Below are positions 57,224 through 64,000 of a stretch of DNA of 64,000 bases, in pieces; within the stretch, counting starts at the first letter, position 1; every line of letters begins with the position of its first letter. Location: the IMG/VR virus record IMGVR_UViG_3300044859_000256; one strand, 5' to 3'. Both the position numbers and the translations under genes were made by a program. The notes beneath the pieces were generated by a model. The model ran no database searches and was not told the origin of the DNA. It worked only from the letters and a program-made list of their open reading frames with translations. Origin of the DNA: an uncultured virus (IMG/VR IMGVR_UViG_3300044859_000256) (lineage: Duplodnaviria; Heunggongvirae; Uroviricota; Caudoviricetes).

Positions 57224-57876
57224 AATGGCATCAGTTCTAAATATGGTGCGCCATTAATGACAACACCACAACTAATCACGGGCTTCTTGATATTGTTCTC
57301 ACCGTACTTCATACCGATGTGCTTGCGATCTACACCACAGCCTACATTCATACCGAAGATAGCATTGAGAGGGCTGACCTGCCAGTTGATACCTGCACAT
57401 GAGTGATGGTGTCCTGCTACAACGGACATACCAAGTGCCTTGGCTGTGTTGAACGAGGGGTACATACTAGAGCCACCAGTACCATGATGATAGAAGACTC
57501 TATCAACGGTGTGGTTCTTTACCCATGACCACTTAGTATTGTAGACCTCATTATAAGTCTTCAAGTAAAAGTCAGGGATACCTGCATCACCTGCAAGGCG
57601 AAGCACACGCTCATCATGGTTACCAATGGTAACTACCATGTTCTTAAAGGTAGACTTCCATTCCTTAATCTGTTCCATTGCATTGCGGTACTCACTCACC
57701 GCACCCGGATGATCCGGATGCTTAGCATGGAAGCTAATGCAATGATGGTCAACAATGTCACCAATATGTACGATGGTATCACACTTATACTCTGCCTTGA
57801 TATCCTTCACGAACTGAAGGTAACCATCAAGCACAGCAGGGAAGTGAGTGTCTCCAATTACTAGTACTCTACTCAC
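57220..57876 (-). CDS. Calcineurin-like metallophosphoesterase
   Basis: GDTH, GDIVD, GNHD, HG, GHHH. Confidence 0.9.
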   Translation of the reverse strand: MSRVLVIGDTHFPAVLDGYLQFVKDIKAEYKCDTIVHIGDIVDHHCISFHAKHPDHPGAVSEYRNAMEQIKEWKSTFKNMVVTIGNHDERVLRLAGDAGIPDFYLKTYNEVYNTKWSWVKNHTVDRVFYHHGTGGSSMYPSFNTAKALGMSVVAGHHHSCAGINWQVSPLNAIFGMNVGCGVDRKHIGMKYGENNIKKPVISCGVVINGAPYLELMPL

Positions 57877-58115
57877 TTATGGTTTCTCCACTTGTATGCA
57901 TCTTTCCATTGCTGTGCAACAGATGGCATAGGCTCACGACCCTCTTCAACAATAGGTGCATAGAGATCAATGAGTCCATCAAAGTGATCCTTCTGCAGTT
58001 GATTCCAACTATCGTAGAGATCACCATCTCTCCACTTCTGTCCTGTCAATCGCCTATGTGGCTTCAAGTTCTGTAACACAGTCATCTTAATCGCTGTCAT
58101 CAGGTTCTCCTTCAA
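57873..58115 (-). CDS. Hypothetical protein
   Basis: ~80 aa. Confidence 0.55.
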   Translation of the reverse strand: MKENLMTAIKMTVLQNLKPHRRLTGQKWRDGDLYDSWNQLQKDHFDGLIDLYAPIVEEGREPMPSVAQQWKDAYKWRNHK

Positions 58116-58326
58116 TAAAAATTTCTACATTCATGTTCGGTTGCGGCTCTATGTTACGCATAGAGAAGTCTAGGTACGCAGCTTGTAAGAAGATATCACT
58201 AAGGGCTTCCGTTGGAAACCAAAAGGATATTTTCTTTTTCTTCTTAACAGATGCAGCCAACGCAGTGAACAATCTTACTGCCTCTTCTAGTTCACCCTCA
58301 CTAGTAACTTTAAATACTTTAGTCAT
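58087..58326 (-). CDS. Hypothetical protein
   Basis: ATGA overlap with RNAP stop. Confidence 0.65.
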   Translation of the reverse strand: MTKVFKVTSEGELEEAVRLFTALAASVKKKKKISFWFPTEALSDIFLQAAYLDFSMRNIEPQPNMNVEIFIEGEPDDSD

Positions 58327-60794
58327 TGGAAGAAATACTCCGCATCTAAAACATCCTTAATGTTTAATGAACCAGTAGGTGGTGCATCAGGTACTGTAAT
58401 CTTCAATGCTTTTGATACTTCGATCCGCATGTCATCTAATAGATTGGTCGTATGCATAGCACAGAACTCTTCATTAGTAAACATACGCATTAGATTAACA
58501 TCAGGTGCAGGACAACCATATGAATCATGGATCATACTGAACTGTTCAATACCAGCACCAACCATTCTATATATGGTACACCACATATGACTTGCATCAA
58601 GTGAGTGAATATAGTTAGGGGAGATGGCTAGATTAACTGAGCCACCATCAATTGTTTCCTTATCGGGTGAGCCAAAGTGTAACTCTTTCATATCGAATAG
58701 CTTAGCGACTGATCGTCTAGTTAGTATCTCATAGTATTGATGTACTACTTTAAACCCACACGGGGTAGTCCACTCAACATTCTTACCTAGTTCACTAGCC
58801 ATATCAGCCACCACCTTGAGCCATGCCTTGCCCTTGTTAGCCTCGACCAATGTACCCTTGAGGGCAGCATCAATGAAGGTAGCTAACTCGACAACAGCAC
58901 CAGCAATCTCATCCTTACCAACCCAATCAAGGTGACCCTCAGTCTTACAGTACCTGCGAATACCATAGAAGGTAACACCATAGGGATCAGTCATTACTGC
59001 TCTCTTACAAACAGAGCGGTCAATGTCACCCTCCCAATACTCTATAAATTTTTTCGCCCATTTTCCATTGTTAGTATCTGCATCCTGTACTGACACCATA
59101 TTAGATGTCATCACATCAGCAACATACTGATACAGATCTTCGGGCTTGTTAGTGTGTATGAGGTTAACCTTCTTGGCAAGATAAGGGTCACGCATAAGTG
59201 CAGCCCAATGCTGAACACCGTTACATGAACCATCCATTTGCACAGGCACTTGAGTTAACCCATCAGTACGACACAGATCAAAGACAGCAGCGATACGCTG
59301 GAAGCTTGGATTCTTTTTCTTCTTATGTGATACCCACTCAGAGCGGGTAGCATAGGGATCATCATTGATTCTCTTAAGCATGTCCATGTTATCATCGACC
59401 CACTTAACTCGTTGATCAAAGGTTGTCTTGTCCTGATCGAATAGATTAGCGACATGAATCTTTAACCAATACAAACCAATGGATGTTTGTTTCCTTGGCT
59501 GAGCAAACTGAATAAGACCACGATCAAAGTCACTTGACTGTGGACTAAGTAGATCACATGCTGCATTAGCACGACCACGGAAGTCACAGGTATAAATATG
59601 GTAGAAGAACTTCAGAGGGATTAATGATTGCGCCAGTTTAATCCGGACAAGCATACGACCTCGTGATCGTTCTTCCTTATACCAATTGCTATATGTTTCT
59701 TCCTTGAGCTGACACCACTTAGCCTTCTCTTCTTTAGTCCCATCCTTAGGATAGGGATCAGCAAAGTCAAAGGCTGAGAAGTCATACACGGGAAGGTTAG
59801 CATCTCGTGTGTTGTTCTTAAAGAGTGCAGTCATTATCTCTAGCACCCGCTCATTGATAGACCATTCGGTATGCATCATAGCATTAAGACCAGTGACTAC
59901 TATCTCTGATGGAAGGCTACCATTCTGGTGTACCTTCTCATCCCACATCACATCCTTAAACTTCTGTACTACAGGCTTACGGATATGGGGTAGTAGATTC
60001 CCACCACTACTACTTAGAGTATGTTTAATTGGTGGGATAATCATTGGTCGATACAGCAGGGCAGCGGTAGCAATCACATCCTGATGACGCTTATTAAGTT
60101 CACTCAATATGTCATCAGTAAAGGTAACTACTACACGCTCACTCCATCGCTTGCCTGTATGCTTACGAATGTTCTTTAAGTTAATGACCTCAGACATCTC
60201 CGCTATGCGTAGCATGTGATGACCAAAGTCTTCGCGTTGTTTCCTTGAGAAGGTTTTCTTATTAAGAGTACCCATCTTATAGGCAAACGCCTTGCATCGC
60301 TTAGTAGTCCACTTCTTCTGGTAGTGGGATTGCTTGAGCCAATCCTCACGGAATTGTTTCTTAGCCTGTTGATAGGCTACAATCTCCACTACCATCTCAG
60401 ATATAACATGTGCTATGTGTTGAGCAGTAGGCAATGGGAACAGATCGTTCTCATACTTACGCTCCCAGAAAGCAGAGTTAAACCATTCGAGAATCAGTGA
60501 TCTAATAGTAATGTCTGCCATCTTAGCAGCACCAACAGCAAACAAAGGGAATGCCCATTCAGGTGTCTTCCTATTCTGTGATACCGTATCTATCCATTGC
60601 TGGTAGAAGGGTGTAAGATGGATGACACATGCGTCAATCAATGTTTGCTCAGGGATACCCTCATCAGGGTTAGCATTGTATGCATCCCAGTATTTATGTT
60701 CCGACAGACAAAGCATATCTTCCTCAGAGATAACTTGTAGTGCAGTTCTTTTATCTTGTTCTTCTTTAGATAATGAATCCCACAGTTTAGACAT
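58323..60794 (-). CDS. T7-type single-subunit RNA polymerase (phage B)
   Basis: DFRGR, DGSCNGVQH, RSVCKRAVMTDPYG, PNYIHSLD, IHDSY, YFFQ. Confidence 0.97.
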   Translation of the reverse strand: MSKLWDSLSKEEQDKRTALQVISEEDMLCLSEHKYWDAYNANPDEGIPEQTLIDACVIHLTPFYQQWIDTVSQNRKTPEWAFPLFAVGAAKMADITIRSLILEWFNSAFWERKYENDLFPLPTAQHIAHVISEMVVEIVAYQQAKKQFREDWLKQSHYQKKWTTKRCKAFAYKMGTLNKKTFSRKQREDFGHHMLRIAEMSEVINLKNIRKHTGKRWSERVVVTFTDDILSELNKRHQDVIATAALLYRPMIIPPIKHTLSSSGGNLLPHIRKPVVQKFKDVMWDEKVHQNGSLPSEIVVTGLNAMMHTEWSINERVLEIMTALFKNNTRDANLPVYDFSAFDFADPYPKDGTKEEKAKWCQLKEETYSNWYKEERSRGRMLVRIKLAQSLIPLKFFYHIYTCDFRGRANAACDLLSPQSSDFDRGLIQFAQPRKQTSIGLYWLKIHVANLFDQDKTTFDQRVKWVDDNMDMLKRINDDPYATRSEWVSHKKKKNPSFQRIAAVFDLCRTDGLTQVPVQMDGSCNGVQHWAALMRDPYLAKKVNLIHTNKPEDLYQYVADVMTSNMVSVQDADTNNGKWAKKFIEYWEGDIDRSVCKRAVMTDPYGVTFYGIRRYCKTEGHLDWVGKDEIAGAVVELATFIDAALKGTLVEANKGKAWLKVVADMASELGKNVEWTTPCGFKVVHQYYEILTRRSVAKLFDMKELHFGSPDKETIDGGSVNLAISPNYIHSLDASHMWCTIYRMVGAGIEQFSMIHDSYGCPAPDVNLMRMFTNEEFCAMHTTNLLDDMRIEVSKALKITVPDAPPTGSLNIKDVLDAEYFFQ

Positions 60795-60817
60795 GTATCT
60801 CCTTGGTTATTAGATTC

Positions 60818-61798
60818 TTATACGAGGGTAAGTGCAAACTTCATTACATCCATAGTAGTCTCTTGATTCTTACCAAGAAGATTACTAAAGGCAGACGATT
60901 CAAACGATGGCTTACGACCACGAGCAGGGATACGGTGCTGAAGTTCCTTGGTTACTGCATTAGCAGCAAGCCAAAGGTTAGCACTACATCCATTTAACTC
61001 AGCCCGTTCAGCATCAAAGGTATCAGCCCACTTGCGGATGGTTACAGTAGCGCGGAGATAGTTCTCATAGTCATCGGGTAATGTTGGATTAGCCACAACT
61101 GGCTCTTCAACCATACCCCATACATCCAACCAGAACTTCTGGATCTCTGACTTAGTAAGTTCCTTACGAACAAGAGTTTGTACCTTATCTTCAAAGAGTT
61201 TACCGGACATAGCGTAGAACTTAAGGGCTGATGCCATAGCCTCACGCTTCTTCTTCATGTCACCTGAGTGTACAATACGGAAGGACTTCTTACCACCTGC
61301 CATAGCCATGCTCAATGTATTCTGACATACGATACGAACAGTAGTAGGTAGTGCTTGCTCAGCAAGAGTACCATCATGACTGTTAATGAGTGCCATATAC
61401 TGTGCGATAGGATCATGTCCATTGACACCATCAATCTCACCTGTCTTACACAAGACAACCAAACGCTTACCACCACCCATACTTAGAGCAGACTCAATCT
61501 TAATGTCAGCACCAAGATTGTATGCCATCTCAAAGACTTCACTATTCTGTACGATCTGATAGTCAGGTGATTGAATAGACAAGATAGCATTGTTGTCACT
61601 ACGAACAATAGCATTGTAGTCATCAGAGGTAGCATCACCTGCGGTTACTGGACCGACCTTACTAACAGTCCAATCAAGACCAGCAATCTTCATTGCCTCA
61701 GTAGGTGACATATCTTCCTGAATAACCAAGCCAAGTCCATGCCATGCGGCAGTCTTACTATAGACTGCACCATCAGTATCTGTAATGTTATGTGCCAT
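60818..61798 (-). CDS. DUF932 (LGT_TIGR03299-like) protein
   Basis: MAH..AWHGLG, AGLDWTV, Y.IVQN, NSHDG, VRIVCQNTL, LW.A.NAVT. Confidence 0.88.
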   Translation of the reverse strand: MAHNITDTDGAVYSKTAAWHGLGLVIQEDMSPTEAMKIAGLDWTVSKVGPVTAGDATSDDYNAIVRSDNNAILSIQSPDYQIVQNSEVFEMAYNLGADIKIESALSMGGGKRLVVLCKTGEIDGVNGHDPIAQYMALINSHDGTLAEQALPTTVRIVCQNTLSMAMAGGKKSFRIVHSGDMKKKREAMASALKFYAMSGKLFEDKVQTLVRKELTKSEIQKFWLDVWGMVEEPVVANPTLPDDYENYLRATVTIRKWADTFDAERAELNGCSANLWLAANAVTKELQHRIPARGRKPSFESSAFSNLLGKNQETTMDVMKFALTLV

Positions 61799-61852
61799 TA
61801 GTTTCCTTTAGTGTTATCATCATCACGGTCTTGTGTATCAAGATGCCGTATC

Positions 61853-62200
61853 TTAGTCCGCTTGTACGGAGGTAACTTCTTCTTTGGCTTGAGTTCTTTC
61901 TTCAGCCATTTGCTTTTGTCTTGCTTCATAAGTACGCTTGCAATCCCATTGCATAGTCCATAGTGATTCAATATCCTTAATATTAATACGCTGGTTCATT
62001 GAAGCAACTTCGCCGTTTCTCACATTGAGAATGGAGAATACCACATCATACACCGCTTCAGGCTCACTGAAACGAGATGGTTCAATAAGCATAAACTGTA
62101 GCACAGTATAATTATCTTGGTCAATTGTTAATGTCTTAGTGAATGTCTCATTCATATCTTTACCTTCTTGATAGATTTTATACAGCCAATCGGTATGCAA
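61853..62200 (-). CDS. Hypothetical protein
   Basis: ORF; likely start at internal MNETF. Confidence 0.55.
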   Translation of the reverse strand: MHTDWLYKIYQEGKDMNETFTKTLTIDQDNYTVLQFMLIEPSRFSEPEAVYDVVFSILNVRNGEVASMNQRINIKDIESLWTMQWDCKRTYEARQKQMAEERTQAKEEVTSVQAD

Positions 62201-62421
62201 TTAACATCCGATACAATAGAACCAACATCATCCCAAGTAGCAGCAACAGTAATGTACTCTTGATTACACTCATAGAGTTTAGCAATACTTATACATTGAT
62301 GAGGGTGCATATCATAGATGTCTTTCTTATCCATCCATGAGTCAGCATACCCAGAGATATCTTCCCATTCGATAATAACAATTGCGTTAATCAGTTTCTC
62401 TAACTCAGTATCAAACACCAT
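62152..62421 (-). CDS. Hypothetical phage protein (IEWED..IP.G.I type)
   Basis: 89 aa with RBS AAAGGA. Confidence 0.7.
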   Translation of the reverse strand: MVFDTELEKLINAIVIIEWEDISGYADSWMDKKDIYDMHPHQCISIAKLYECNQEYITVAATWDDVGSIVSDVNCIPIGCIKSIKKVKI

Positions 62422-62439
62422 GATAGTATCCTTTCTTAG

Positions 62440-62511
62440 TGGGACAGAAGAGACTTGAACTCTTAACCAATCGGTTAAAAGCCGACTGCTCTACCATTGA
62501 GCTACAATCCC
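62440..62511 (-). tRNA. tRNA-Lys(TTT)
   Basis: Cloverleaf; GTCGG-CTTTTAA-CCGAT; GTTCAAGT T-loop; no encoded CCA. Confidence 0.9.
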
Positions 62512-62516
62512 TATAG

Positions 62517-62589
62517 TAGCACGGGTGGGAGTCGAACCCACACTACACAGATTTTAAGTCTGTAGACTCTGCCATTGGTCTACCGTGCC
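62517..62589 (-). tRNA. tRNA-Leu(TAA), short variable loop
   Basis: ACAGA-CTTAAAA-TCTGT; GTGGGTTCGACTCCCAC T-arm. Confidence 0.88.
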
Positions 62590-62590
62590 A

Positions 62591-62644
62591 TAGGTAGGAT
62601 ACATAGCATGATAGGGTCAAAGCCTATTGTATATGCACCTACCA
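62591..62644 (-). ncRNA. Armless tRNA-Gln(TTG)-like RNA (putative)
   Basis: GGTAGG/CCTACC acceptor-like stem plus ATAGG-CTTTGAC-CCTAT arm; no D or T arm. Confidence 0.5.
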
Positions 62645-62647
62645 AAG

Positions 62648-62721
62648 CGTCCCTGACTGGACTCGAACCAGTAACCTATCGGGTAGAAACCGATGCCTCT
62701 ATCCAATTGAGATACAAGGAC
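62648..62721 (-). tRNA. tRNA-Arg(TCT)
   Basis: ATCGG-TTTCTAC-CCGAT; ACTGGTTCGAGTCCAGT T-arm; G73. Confidence 0.9.
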
Positions 62722-62727
62722 AGTGGT

Positions 62728-63159
62728 TTAAAGTTCAGCAACATGCACATCAATAACATCAGCAAGTTTAGCGAATGACATACCATGATCATTCAGTTCT
62801 GCCAAAGAGTCTTGTGCATGTGATGCATTAGTGAATCGTCCAAGTGCATCGTGCATACCTGCCCATTCACGAACACGCAATGGTAACACAAGACTATCAT
62901 TATCATAGACAGTGATAGAGTCATCACCTATACTCAACATCTGAGTGTGTTGAAGGTTCACATCTGACTTACGAGTAACAACCTTAACATCTAATTCATC
63001 AGGGTTCTGTTGCATATACAGATCACACAGTACACCAAGGCAGCAGTACATACATGTCCCATTAATATCTGTGGCATGTAGTTTACCTTGCCCTTGCTGA
63101 TAAGTACCAGACTTAAGAGCATCAACCCATTGCTTAGCAATATCAATCTTCATTGTCAT
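62728..63159 (-). CDS. Hypothetical phage protein (WV.AL.SG.Y.QG..CCLGVLCD)
   Basis: Motif-bearing ORF; start trimmed to MTMKID. Confidence 0.75.
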   Translation of the reverse strand: MTMKIDIAKQWVDALKSGTYQQGQGKLHATDINGTCMYCCLGVLCDLYMQQNPDELDVKVVTRKSDVNLQHTQMLSIGDDSITVYDNDSLVLPLRVREWAGMHDALGRFTNASHAQDSLAELNDHGMSFAKLADVIDVHVAEL

Positions 63160-63421
63160 CTTCCTTATAGTTAGGATCAATAGAGAGAACACGCTTCATC
63201 TCAGTAATATATTCATAACCCGCAGTAATCATTGCACTTTCAAGATGGTCTTCCCTAAAGGTAACATACCCATCAGTCTCCTTGTAATGCTTAGGGTCTA
63301 GTGTCATCTCTTCAGGTGTCCACATAGCAACGGCATACCCTTGCTTACGAATCCAAGAGTATGCTTGGTATACATTCTCTTCAATACTTTCATCCTTATT
63401 ATACACAAAGACATCAGCCAT
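63143..63421 (-). CDS. Hypothetical protein, paralogue of 63414-63638
   Basis: ESIEENV..AYSWIRKQGYAV..TPEE. Confidence 0.65.
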   Translation of the reverse strand: MADVFVYNKDESIEENVYQAYSWIRKQGYAVAMWTPEEMTLDPKHYKETDGYVTFREDHLESAMITAGYEYITEMKRVLSIDPNYKEDDNED

Positions 63422-63638
63422 TGTAGTATCCTTCCTTAAGCCATTCAATGTAGTTAGTAGCAGCCGCTTGCATCTCAAGTTCTACTGTCTCTCTATTAAT
63501 CTTATCCTGTTTAGGTTCAACTTCTAAATCATCAGGCGTAAGTATAGTAACAGCAAACCCATGAAGACGGAGCCAATCATACATACGATCAGCAGTCTCA
63601 TAGATAGTTTCATTAGCATCTAAGTCGGGTAAGATCAT
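63414..63638 (-). CDS. Hypothetical protein
   Basis: ETIYETA..MYDWLRLHGFAV..TPDD; RBS AAGGA. Confidence 0.65.
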   Translation of the reverse strand: MILPDLDANETIYETADRMYDWLRLHGFAVTILTPDDLEVEPKQDKINRETVELEMQAAATNYIEWLKEGYYNG

Positions 63639-63651
63639 AAGGTTCCTTTAA

Positions 63652-63727
63652 TAGAAGGGGCGGGAGTTGCACCCACATACTCACACTTATAAGGTGTGCG
63701 CTATAACTGCGTTTCAGCCACCCTTCT
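63652..63727 (-). tRNA. tRNA-Ile(TAT) with non-canonical loops
   Basis: AGAAGGG/CCCTTCT acceptor; CACAC-CTTATAA-GTGTG; T-loop TGCAACT. Confidence 0.78.
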
Positions 63728-63731
63728 CTGT

Positions 63732-63950
63732 TTACTTCTTCTTCTTCTTGAGAGGGACAGTTCTGTTATCCATACGCATACCACTAAGTTGGTTGTCTAA
63801 TAGTTGACACCACTTAATCAAACCATCACAGCGTTCATTCACTTCATGTAGTCGAGTATCATAATGCCTACGACTTAAGATGTCACTAACAATATTTATA
63901 ACAACATGTGCAATAAATCCAAACATTAGAATCAGTAGCGGGATATCCAT
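63732..63950 (-). CDS. Small membrane-anchored protein
   Basis: Hydrophobic N-terminus; RBS GGAG. Confidence 0.6.
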   Translation of the reverse strand: MDIPLLILMFGFIAHVVINIVSDILSRRHYDTRLHEVNERCDGLIKWCQLLDNQLSGMRMDNRTVPLKKKKK

Positions 63951-64000
63951 TAGTCTTCTTCTCCATTAATATCAGGTAGTTCTTCAGTCCATTCATAAGT

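Larger units (their letters stand above)
41117..64000 (-). mobile_element. Phage B: partial second T7-like phage genome (early, replication and portal region)
   Basis: Second divergent RNAP, SSB, primase-helicase, PolA, exonuclease and portal; visibly more AT-rich; tRNAs. Confidence 0.9.

Noticed and set aside
31843..60794. A single phage with two RNAPs and duplicated replisomes
   Set aside because: Every core gene pair is highly divergent, composition shifts near 42 kb, and the 127-nt junction explains the join
4554..60813. Numerous plus-strand ORFs (e.g. 4554-5216, 12516-13193, 40241-40675)
   Set aside because: Mostly antisense shadows of well-supported minus-strand genes; none has a recognisable motif
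42356..64000. Stop-codon reassignment in phage B
   Set aside because: Core genes are full length in the standard code and no suppressor anticodon is present (TAA here is the Leu anticodon)

Overview
The window holds two unrelated T7-like (Autographiviridae-type, single-subunit RNA polymerase) phage genomes, almost entirely on the minus strand, joined through a shared gene. Phage A (about 1-41116, GC-rich) looks like a complete circularly permuted temperate podovirus. It has early genes, a wHTH regulator, a tyrosine integrase with an attP carrying the 5' half of tRNA-Leu(CAA), RNAP, SSB, resolvase, primase-helicase, PolA, a LAGLIDADG nuclease, exonuclease, portal, scaffold, capsid, tail, internal virion proteins, tail fibre, terminase and extra fibre genes. 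Phage B (about 41117-64000, AT-richer, partial) has tRNAs, a second RNAP, a citrate-synthase-fold protein, SSB, RusA, ThyX, primase-helicase, PolA, dNMP kinase, exonuclease, dUTPase, class II RNR and portal. Bases 1-127 recur exactly at 41117-41243, inside a YadA-like fibre gene that both phages carry at roughly 95% nucleotide identity. The join is therefore probably an assembly path, while the gene sharing looks real. Most novel signals: the recently shared fibre module, an armless tRNA-Gln-like RNA in the tRNA cluster, a catalytically degenerate citrate synthase homologue, and the 5'-half tRNA attP. All calls come from reading motifs by eye; no database searches were run.
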